Below are positions 39,222 to 48,500 of a stretch of DNA of 64,000 nucleotides, in pieces; position 1 is the first letter of the stretch, and each line of letters opens with the position of its first letter. Location: contig CAZHPA010000003.1 of assembly GCA_964533945.1 (NCBI GenBank), positions 1,128-65,127 of the forward strand, in the 5' to 3' direction. The position numbers and the translations under genes were made by a program. The DNA comes from an uncultured Defluviitaleaceae bacterium. GTDB taxonomy: Bacteria; Bacillota; Clostridia; Lachnospirales; WRBF01. The notes below the pieces were generated by a model. It worked only from the letters and a program-made list of their open reading frames with translations. It was not told where the DNA came from and made no database searches.

Positions 39222-40031
39222 ATGATAATTGACACCCATGTTCATGTAACACCGCCGGATATTATAAAAGATTACAAAAAAATAGGGCTTAAAGAACCAT
39301 ATTTTGAATTGCTTTCAAGTAGTCCTCAAAACAAGTTTGCAACTGTTGAAGACGTTATTTGTGAAATGGATAAATGCGAAGTTCATAAGTCAGTTGTATT
39401 TGGGTTTTCATTTAATGATATAGGACTTTGTAAATATGTTAATGATTATGTTATAAGTGAAGTTAAAAAATTTCCTGATAGATTAATTGGCTTTATGTCT
39501 ATTTCACCTAATGAAAAAAATATTGAAGATGAAATATTAAGGTGTTATGAATGCGGCTTAAAAGGCGTTGGAGAACTGTTCCCGTTTGGGCAAAACTTTG
39601 ATATTGGAAGCTATGAGCAAACTAAGCGCTTTGCAACGCTTTGCGAGCAATTAAATATTCCTGTAATTGTTCATGCGAACGAACCTGTTGGACATTATTA
39701 TATAGGCAAAACAAATACGCTGCTTTCATCTTTTGAAAAGTTTGTATATAACTATGAAAATTTAAAAATCGTTTTTGCACATTTTGGTGGCGGACTTTTA
39801 TTTTATGAGCTTATGAAAGAAATTAGGCAAAAATTTAAAAATGTTTATTACGACACTGCTGCTTCGATTTTTCTATATGATAAAAAAATATATGATGTTG
39901 CAAAAAGCATAGGTATACTTGATAAAATTGTATTTGGAAGTGATTTTCCGCTTGTTTCTCCAAAACGGTACTTCAAAGACTTTGATTTTAGTGTTTTAAG
40001 CGAAAATACTAAAAGGTTACTTGGCATATAG
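39222..40031 (+). CDS. Amidohydrolase family (Amidohydro_2) metal hydrolase
   Basis: IDTHVH, VIVH, AHFGGG, YYDTAA, FGSDFP. Confidence 0.85.
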   Translation: MIIDTHVHVTPPDIIKDYKKIGLKEPYFELLSSSPQNKFATVEDVICEMDKCEVHKSVVFGFSFNDIGLCKYVNDYVISEVKKFPDRLIGFMSISPNEKNIEDEILRCYECGLKGVGELFPFGQNFDIGSYEQTKRFATLCEQLNIPVIVHANEPVGHYYIGKTNTLLSSFEKFVYNYENLKIVFAHFGGGLLFYELMKEIRQKFKNVYYDTAASIFLYDKKIYDVAKSIGILDKIVFGSDFPLVSPKRYFKDFDFSVLSENTKRLLGI

Positions 40032-40049
40032 CATATAAAGGAAAGCAAA

Positions 40050-40622
40050 ATGGACATTAAGTTAAATAACATTTGTAAGAGTTATAAGGAAAATACAGTT
40101 TTAAATAATTTCAGCGCAACAATTAAGCAATCAGGGGTAACGGCTTTTTGTGGTACTTCAGGCTGCGGCAAAACAACGCTTTTAAATATTTTAATGGGTA
40201 TCGAAAAAATGGACAGAGGCAATATAGAAGGGCTTTCAAATAAAAAAATATCTGTTGTTTTCCAAGAAGATAGGCTTTTAGAATGGGATACCGTTTTAAA
40301 CAACATATTATTTGTTATGAAAAAAAGAGATGCTGAATTTGCAAAACATGTGTTAAGTTCTGTTTTGCTTTCAGACTGCGCTAATTTAAAAGCTAATGAA
40401 TTGAGCGGAGGTATGAAGCGGCGAGTTGCAATTGCAAGGGCTTTAGCAGTTTGCGGTAATTTGCTTGTGCTTGATGAACCGTTTTCGGGAATTGATGATA
40501 AAACTAAAATTCATATTATGAATTTAATTAAAAACTATAGTGAAAACAATGCTGTTGCTTTTGTTAGCCATGATTTTGGCGAAATTAAATACTTAAACGC
40601 TACTGTGTATAACATGGTTTAA
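40050..40622 (+). CDS. ABC transporter ATP-binding protein (nitrate/sulfonate-like, no permease adjacent)
   Basis: GTSGCGKT, FQEDRLL, LSGGMKRR, LDEPF. Confidence 0.85.
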   Translation: MDIKLNNICKSYKENTVLNNFSATIKQSGVTAFCGTSGCGKTTLLNILMGIEKMDRGNIEGLSNKKISVVFQEDRLLEWDTVLNNILFVMKKRDAEFAKHVLSSVLLSDCANLKANELSGGMKRRVAIARALAVCGNLLVLDEPFSGIDDKTKIHIMNLIKNYSENNAVAFVSHDFGEIKYLNATVYNMV

Positions 40623-40753
40623 TTCCAGAAATTACATAATATTCCTTAGTTTTAATATACAAAATTGGGTAATACTAAGCTTGTAACAAAAGCTATAAGA
40701 CCAAAGCTTTAAAAACTAAAGATATTAAAAGAAATTAATGGAGGAATTAAACT

Positions 40754-42526
40754 ATGAAAAGAAAAATAATAAACACATTAGCAATGACTCTTGCAGGAGT
40801 TGTAGCTTTTGGTAACGTTGCAATGGCTATGACTACACAACAAGGAGCAACTTATTCTGAACAAGTTGCCGCATCACTTTTGGGAAGACCTGTAGTTGAA
40901 ATAACACAATTTACTCAAAATGGACAACCTATTGAGCAAATACTTCAAGCTGCAGGAAAACTTGATGAATATCGTCGCATAATAATGCAAAACAATACTA
41001 ACGTTAACAACGCCAACAACACAAGCGAACAAAAAAGAAGTATTGTTGTTGAAATGGATGAAATAAGCGGTATGGCAGAAGGTGTTGGTTTAAGAATTGT
41101 TGCAGACCTTAACGAAAATGCAAACGACAGAGTTAAAGTTCAAGTTAGAGATGCAAACCAAGTAAATACTCCAGATAATACAAAAAGCATTATTTTAGAC
41201 AGCAATAAAGGGAACGTTGACATAACAGTAACAGACGGAAAAAATGATAATTTTTCAGCTACATCAACAAACACAACAGCTCAAAACAACACTAACATGA
41301 ATAACCAAGGCGCTAATGAGTTTGGAATGAATAATCAAAATGCTAACAATTTTGGAATGAATAATCAAAATGCTAATAATTTTGGAGTAAACAATCAAAA
41401 CGCTAACAATTTCGAAACAGCACAAAACAATAATCAAGGTCTTACAGCTTTTGACATGGGCAACGTAGGTAATACAGGAAACATGGGCAATATGAGCAAC
41501 GCAGGAAATACAGGTAACGCAGGAAATACAGGTAACGCAGGAAATACAGGTGCAAATGCAACAGGCAGAGGCACAAATGCAACAGGTAGAGGCAATGCAG
41601 GAAATGCAGGCGCAAATACAGCTGGTAATGCTGGTACAGCAGGTAATGCAGGAACAACTGGAACAGCAGGCGGCAGAGGTGGAAATACAGGAACTGCTGG
41701 TAATGCAGCAGGTACTACTGGAACAGCAGGCGGCAGAGGTGGAAATACAGGAACTGCTGGTACAGCAGGTACGGGCGCAACTGGAGCTACAGGCGCTGGA
41801 ACAGCTGGCGGTACTGGAGCTACAGGCGCTGGAACAACTGGCGGTACTGGAGCTACAGGCGCTGGAACAGCTGGCGCAACAGGAGCTGGAGCTACTGGTG
41901 CTGGTGGAACAGGTGCTACAGGAGCTGGCGCAACAGGAGCAGGTACTGCAGGCGGAACAGGCGGAACAGGTGCTACAGGAGCTGGAACAGCTGGAGCTAC
42001 TGGTGCTGGTGGAGCAGGTGCTACAGGAGCTGGCGCTACAGGTGCCGGAACAGCTGGAGGAACAGGAGCTACTGGAGCAGGAGCAGCTGGCGGAGCAGGT
42101 GGAGCTGGAACAGCAGGCGGTGCTGGTGGTGCAGGTGCAACAGCTGGCGGAGCAGGTGGAGCTGGAACAGCAGGCGGTGCTGGTGGCGGAGCAGGTGGCG
42201 CTGGCGGTGGCGGAGCTGCAGCAGCAAACAGCACAAATGTTTTTCCTAGCGAAGCTAAAATGTTAGGTATGACACAAAGACAATTAAAACACGCTTTAGA
42301 AAGTGGCGACAGCATTTATTCTATGATGTCTGAAGCTGGAAAACTTGATGAATATAAATCAAGCTTAGTTGTTTCAAATAAAAGAATGTTAGATAAAGCT
42401 GTTTCGCAAGGCAGATTTAGCGAAGAAGAAGCAAAAAGAATTCAAGCGCGCTATGAAGAAGAAATTCAAAATTGGGATGGCGCTGTAACACTTGAAAACT
42501 TAACAGAAGCAGCATATCAACTATAA
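40754..42526 (+). CDS. Secreted Gly/Ala/Thr-rich low-complexity protein with DUF2680-like terminal domains
   Basis: Signal peptide, NNQNANNFG repeats, about 250 aa of GAGT repeats, AGKLDEY motif at both ends. Confidence 0.75.
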   Translation: MKRKIINTLAMTLAGVVAFGNVAMAMTTQQGATYSEQVAASLLGRPVVEITQFTQNGQPIEQILQAAGKLDEYRRIIMQNNTNVNNANNTSEQKRSIVVEMDEISGMAEGVGLRIVADLNENANDRVKVQVRDANQVNTPDNTKSIILDSNKGNVDITVTDGKNDNFSATSTNTTAQNNTNMNNQGANEFGMNNQNANNFGMNNQNANNFGVNNQNANNFETAQNNNQGLTAFDMGNVGNTGNMGNMSNAGNTGNAGNTGNAGNTGANATGRGTNATGRGNAGNAGANTAGNAGTAGNAGTTGTAGGRGGNTGTAGNAAGTTGTAGGRGGNTGTAGTAGTGATGATGAGTAGGTGATGAGTTGGTGATGAGTAGATGAGATGAGGTGATGAGATGAGTAGGTGGTGATGAGTAGATGAGGAGATGAGATGAGTAGGTGATGAGAAGGAGGAGTAGGAGGAGATAGGAGGAGTAGGAGGGAGGAGGGGAAAANSTNVFPSEAKMLGMTQRQLKHALESGDSIYSMMSEAGKLDEYKSSLVVSNKRMLDKAVSQGRFSEEEAKRIQARYEEEIQNWDGAVTLENLTEAAYQL

Positions 42527-42563
42527 TAAATCATTCAATAATCCCACTTAAAAATTAAAATTT

Positions 42564-42606
42564 GCCTATAATATAACTGGCAAAAAGTTATATTATAGGC
42601 TTTTTA
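42564..42606 (+). terminator. Intrinsic terminator
   Basis: GCCTATAATATAACT...AGTTATATTATAGGC followed by a T tract. Confidence 0.85.
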
Positions 42607-42676
42607 TGTTGACCAAACAGGAAATATGTACTAAAATACTACTAGAATCAAAAACATATAAATAAGGGGGATTTTT

Positions 42677-45373
42677 ATGTTTAAAAAAAGATTATTGCTT
42701 TTAGCAACAACAATTACTGCAATTTTAGCATTTAATTCTAGCATTTTAGGAAAAGGCATAACTGCAGAAAATTCAAATTCAGACGATTTTAATGAATATG
42801 AAGAAAGTATTTGGAAACATCCAGAATTAAGCACAGAAGACTTCTCTTACAAAGTTTCCCAAAATGACACAGTTGCTATTACAAAATATGAAGGCGAAGA
42901 CAAAGAAGTTGCTATACCTGACAAAATAAACGGAAGAAATGTCACTGATATTTGGCAAGATGCATTTTCTAATAAAGATATAACATCAGTAAAAATACCA
43001 AGTACTGTTAAAAATATTGATTTATATGCGTTTTGGAACTGCTTTAAATTAGCTTCCATAGAAGTTGCTGAAAATAACCCAAATTACCTATCAATAGATG
43101 GCGTACTTTACAATAAAAATAAAACAGCTTTACTTATATACCCTCCTTCAAAAGAAGATTCTGAATTTTTAATATATGACAGCGTTAATGAAATTAAAGC
43201 AACAGACTTTTTAGAATATTCCAACCTAGCTTACATAAAAGTTTCTGAAAATAATCTTAATTACACATCAATAGATGGTGTGCTTTATAATAAAGACAAA
43301 ACAGCTTTAATTGCATACCCTCCAAAGAAACAAGACCTAAAACTTTCAATACCTGATAGCGTTAACGAAATTAAATATTCTACATTTTTAAACTGCTATA
43401 ATTTAAACTCCATAGAAGTTTCTAAAAATAACGCCAACTACTTATCAATAGATGGCATACTTTATAGCAAAGACAAAGAAACGCTGCTTGTTTGCCCTAA
43501 AGGAAATAAGCGATTAAATTTAATAATACCTGATGGTGTCTTAATTATTAAAGAAAGAGCATTTGAAAATTGCTTGAATTTAGTGTCGTTAATAATGCCA
43601 AACAGCATTTTAAGAGTTGAAGCAAGTGCATTTAAAAACTGTCAAAGTTTAGTTTCTATAACAATGTCAAATAACATTTCAGGCATTGAAAGCTATACAT
43701 TTTTAAATTGCACAAGCTTAACTTCAATAACAATACCAAATATGGCTGGAGTCATTTCAAATAAGGCGTTTTCTAATTGCTATAATTTAGCATTAGTAAC
43801 AGCTTCAAGTACTGTAGGTAGCATTGCGGAAGACGCTTTTGATAATTGCCATAAAGACTTGTTAATAATATGTGAATCGGGAAGCAACTTTGAATACTAT
43901 GCAAAAAATAAAAATATACCATTTAAATTAAAGACGAGTAAAACTTTAGATGGTTTATACTATGCTATATATGAAAATACAGTTTCCATAACTAAATATG
44001 AAGGTAACAGAGCAAACATTTCTATTCCGGCAGCAATAGAAGGCGTACCCGTTGTAACCATTAGGTACGATGCATTTTCAAACTGCACAAGCTTAACACA
44101 AATAACAATACCAAGCAGCGTTAAATATATTCAAGACAACGCATTTTTGGGCTGTCCTAACTTAAATTCTATAAAAGTTTCTGAAAATAATCCCGACTAT
44201 TCATCAAAAAATGGTGTCCTTTATAATAAAGATAAAACAGTTTTAATTGCATATCCTCCAGCAAAACAAGAATCCGAATTTTTAATACCTGATAGCGTTA
44301 CCGAAGTTAAGCGGTCAGTATTTAGAAACTGCTATAATTTAACTTGCATAAAAGTTTCTGAAAATAATTCAAAATATTCGTCCGAAAATGGAATGCTTTT
44401 CAATAAAACTAAAACATCGTTAATTATTTGTCCAAAAGCAAAACAAGAATCAGAGCTTTTAATACCAAATGGTACTTTAACTATTGAACCAACTGCATTT
44501 TCAGACTGTATTAACTTAGCTTCAATAACAGTGCCAAGTAGTGTTCAAGTTATTGAACAAGATGCATTTTTAAACTGTTTTGGTTTAAGTTCTATAAAAG
44601 TTTCAAAAAGTAACCCAAACTATTCGTCAATAGATGGTGTACTTTATAGTAAAAGTGGAACGGTTTTAATTGCATATCCTCCGGCAAAGCAAAATTCAGA
44701 ATTTTTAATACCTGATAGCGTTGTTGATATGGCGTACCCAATATTTGTAGGTTGCAATAATATAACTTCCATAAAAGTTTCTGAAAATAACCCTAATTAC
44801 TCCTCGGATAGCGGTGTGCTTTTTAATAAAAATAAAACAATATTAATTTTTTGTCCAAGAGCAAAGCAACAATCAGAGCTTTTAATACCAGATAGCACTT
44901 TAATTATTGAGAGAAATGCATTTTCAAATTGCTCTGGCTTAATTTCAATAGTAATACCAAATGGTGTTGCAAGCATTAGAGAATATGCATTTAGCAACTG
45001 TAGCAATTTAAAGTCAATAACAATACCAAATAGCGTTACATATGTTGGAGAATATGCATTTAGCGGTTGCACAAATTTAAAATCAGCGGAAGTATCAAAC
45101 GATGTTAAAGTTATTAAAGGATATACATTTTCTGAATGCGCAAGCTTAATGTCGATAACAATACCAGATGGTGTTTTGGCAATTAAAGACTATGCATTTT
45201 CCGGTTGTAAAAGCTTAACATCAATAGAAATACCGAACAGTGCTATAGATATTGAACCTGCTATATTTTCAGACTGTTTTGCTTTAAAAACAATAACAGT
45301 ACCGGCTAACATTAAACCTATCTATGAAAAAGTTCTTAATGAGCCGTTTAAACATTTAGTAGTGGTAAAATAA
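42677..45373 (+). CDS. BspA-type leucine-rich repeat (LRR_5) secreted protein, no dockerin
   Basis: Signal peptide; repeats AF.NC..L.SI.IP..V..I and NPNYSSIDGVLYNKDKT.LI.YP. Confidence 0.9.
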   Translation: MFKKRLLLLATTITAILAFNSSILGKGITAENSNSDDFNEYEESIWKHPELSTEDFSYKVSQNDTVAITKYEGEDKEVAIPDKINGRNVTDIWQDAFSNKDITSVKIPSTVKNIDLYAFWNCFKLASIEVAENNPNYLSIDGVLYNKNKTALLIYPPSKEDSEFLIYDSVNEIKATDFLEYSNLAYIKVSENNLNYTSIDGVLYNKDKTALIAYPPKKQDLKLSIPDSVNEIKYSTFLNCYNLNSIEVSKNNANYLSIDGILYSKDKETLLVCPKGNKRLNLIIPDGVLIIKERAFENCLNLVSLIMPNSILRVEASAFKNCQSLVSITMSNNISGIESYTFLNCTSLTSITIPNMAGVISNKAFSNCYNLALVTASSTVGSIAEDAFDNCHKDLLIICESGSNFEYYAKNKNIPFKLKTSKTLDGLYYAIYENTVSITKYEGNRANISIPAAIEGVPVVTIRYDAFSNCTSLTQITIPSSVKYIQDNAFLGCPNLNSIKVSENNPDYSSKNGVLYNKDKTVLIAYPPAKQESEFLIPDSVTEVKRSVFRNCYNLTCIKVSENNSKYSSENGMLFNKTKTSLIICPKAKQESELLIPNGTLTIEPTAFSDCINLASITVPSSVQVIEQDAFLNCFGLSSIKVSKSNPNYSSIDGVLYSKSGTVLIAYPPAKQNSEFLIPDSVVDMAYPIFVGCNNITSIKVSENNPNYSSDSGVLFNKNKTILIFCPRAKQQSELLIPDSTLIIERNAFSNCSGLISIVIPNGVASIREYAFSNCSNLKSITIPNSVTYVGEYAFSGCTNLKSAEVSNDVKVIKGYTFSECASLMSITIPDGVLAIKDYAFSGCKSLTSIEIPNSAIDIEPAIFSDCFALKTITVPANIKPIYEKVLNEPFKHLVVVK

Positions 45374-45555
45374 ATAAAGATAATTAATATCTAAAGTTTA
45401 TAGTATGGCTAACAGAAGTGGACTTTTGGCGGTTTTAATAGTTGTACTATAAGCTTTTTAATATTGACCGGATAGTAAATATTTGCTAAACTACTATTAG
45501 TTTTAGAAATAAGGAGGGAAGAAATTAGATTTTAGATTAAATAAGGGGGAGCTTT

Positions 45556-48500
45556 ATGCTTAAAAGATTTTTATCTTTTTTATTAATAACTGCAATTACA
45601 ATTGCAGCGGTTAGTACGGGTGTTTTGGCGGAAAGCGAAGTTACAATTGAAACCGCTGATTTTATGAAACAAGAAACAATGCTTGAAGATATTTTGCCAA
45701 AGGATTATACCCCAATTGGTGACGAAAGAATTACTGAAGCAGAACAGCAAGAGTACATAGAAACAATGGCAATATTTGGGGATTGGGAATACACAATTAA
45801 CGATGATAATGCAACGGTTACTATAACTAAATATAAAGGTACAAGTAGCGAGGTTGTTATTCCATCAGGAATTAATGAGTTTCCTGTTGTAGGTATTGGA
45901 AATTTAGCGTTTGCTTATCGTTCCGGTTTGACATCAATAACAATACCGGATAGCGTTACGAGTATCGGGGATCAGGCGTTCTCCGCGTGCTCTGAATTGG
46001 CTTTCATAGAGGTTTCCGAAGATAATTCTAATTATTCATCAATAGAAGGCGTGCTTTATAGCAAAGATAAAACTACTTTAATTGCATACCCTGTCGAAAA
46101 AAACGAGACGGAGTTTTCAATACCAAATAACGTTACAAGTATTGGAGATGGGGCATTTTATTATTGCTCTAAATTAACTTCAATAACAATACCTAATGGC
46201 GTTACAAATATTGGAGATGGGGCATTTTATTATTGCTCTAAATTAACTTCAATAACAATACCTAATGGCGTTACAAATATTGGAGATAGCGCATTTTCTT
46301 GTTGTTATAGTTTAACATCAATAACAATACCGGATAGTGTTACAAGTATTGGGGAACGGGCATTTTATGACTGTCGATGGCTAGTTTCAATAATAATGCC
46401 AAATAGTGTTATGAGCATTGGAAATAGCGTATTTGACCAGTGCTTTAGGCTAGCTTCAATAAAAATACCAAATAGCGTTACAAGTATTGGAGATAAGGCA
46501 TTTTCCAATTGTCACGCTTTAACTTCAATAACAATACCAAATAATGTTATAAGTATTGGAGATGAGGCGTTTTCCAGTTGCCCTTTAACTTCAATAGCAA
46601 TACCAAATAGTGTTATAAGTATTGGAGATAGAGCGTTTTCTTATTGTTATAGTTTAACATCAATAACAATACCAGATAGTGTTATAAATATTGGAGATGG
46701 AGTATTTTCCAACTGCACTAATCTAACTTCTTTAGAAATTTCCAAAAGCAACCCTAAATATTCTTCAATAGAAAATATAATTTATAATAAAGATAAAACA
46801 ACTTTGGTTGCATATTCTGCTGGGAAAAAGGAAGCGGAATTTTCAATACCAAATAGCGTTACAAGTATTAGAGATTATACATTTTACGGTTGCCGCAGCC
46901 TAGTTTCAATAAAAATACCAAATAGCGTTACAAGTATTGGGAATCAGGCATTTTGGAACTGCTCTAAATTAACTTCAATAACAATACCAGATGGTGTTAC
47001 AAATATTGGAAACTCAACATTTAGTTACTGCTCTAGTCTAACTTCAATAACAATACCAAATAGCGTTATAAGTATTGGGGATTGGGCGTTTGCTTATTGC
47101 TCCAGTTTGACTTCAATAACAATACCAAATAGCGTTACAAGTATTGGGGATTGGGCATTTTACAATTGTTCCAACTTAGCGTCAATAGCTATACCTAATG
47201 GTATTACAAGTATTGGATATAGCGCATTTTCTCGGTGCACCAGCCTAACATCAATAACAATACCAAATAGCGTTACAAGTATTGGGGATCAGGCATTTTA
47301 TAATTGCAGTAGTTTAACATCAATAACAATACCAAATAGCGTTACATATATTGGAGGTAGTGCATTTCACGATTGTATAAATTTAACTATTTACGGCTAC
47401 AAAGACTCATATGCAGAAACATATGCAAAAAATAAGGGAATAACATTTAAACTAATAGATAATTCAGGAGAAACTATCCCCGTAACTTCCGTTGTTATTC
47501 CGTTTGGCAATGGCCGGCTTAACATAGGAGAAACAACAAAATTAAATGTTTGGGTGCTTCCGAATAATGCTACAAATAAAAATGTAACATGGTCAAGCAA
47601 TAAGCCGGAAATAGCAACTGTTGATACAAACGGCAAAGTTACAGCAATTGCAGAAGGAACGGCTATAATTACTGTAAAAACTGTTGATGGCGGGTTTGAA
47701 CATAGCTGTACTATTACAGTTCTGTCGAATGCAAATGATAACCTGAAAATAGGAACTGCTTTCTTTGATGTAAATAGCGATGTAGCAACAGGTAAGGTAG
47801 CAAATGTACCAATAACAGTAAGAGATAGTTATTTCTCTGAATCTTCCACTAAATATAACCATAATTTAGCCAAGCTTTCAATGAGTCTTTCTGCATCTGC
47901 ATATAATAGTAAATGGCGTCCAACTTTAAACCAATACATAAAAAGCGCATTAAACGATTTAGGATTTGAAGATTTAAATTTCACAAACTATGTTGCAATA
48001 AAAGATACAGAAGCCAATGAAATTGGATTGTCTTTAGGTCATAAAACTATAAGTGTTAACAACGAAACATTTGATTTAATTGTAATTGTTTGCCGAGGAA
48101 CTGAAGGTGGCGAATGGTATAGCAATTTTAATCTTTCTAAAAGCAACAACGGAAAATATGACGATAAAATTCACAATGGATTTGATATTGCCGCTTTAGG
48201 CAGTCAAGCCATTATTAATGAATATATTAATAATTATGTGGGTAGTAGTGGTCGTAAAAAGAAAATATTGTTAACTGGACATAGCAGAGGCGGCGCTGTA
48301 GCAAATTTATTAGGTGCTAAAATAACAAAGGAAAATAAAATTGCTAACAAGCACGATATTTTTACATACACTTTTGCAACCCCCAATGTCGAAATGATTA
48401 CTTCTTTGCAAAAAGATTCAATGGAAAACATTTTTAACATTGTAAATCCAGAGGATTTTGTTACATGCTCAATACTAAATAGTTGGGGATACAACAAATA

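Noticed and set aside
41434-42315. Pro/Ala-rich antisense ORF and Gln/Glu/Leu-rich alternative-frame ORF (41550..42266)
   Set aside because: By-products of the GGN/GCN/ACN repeat core of the 590-aa gene
46100-47380. Regular repeats as a CRISPR array or DGR template/variable repeats
   Set aside because: Repeats are in-frame 23-aa LRR units; there are no unique spacers, no cas or reverse transcriptase gene, and no evident adenine-specific variation
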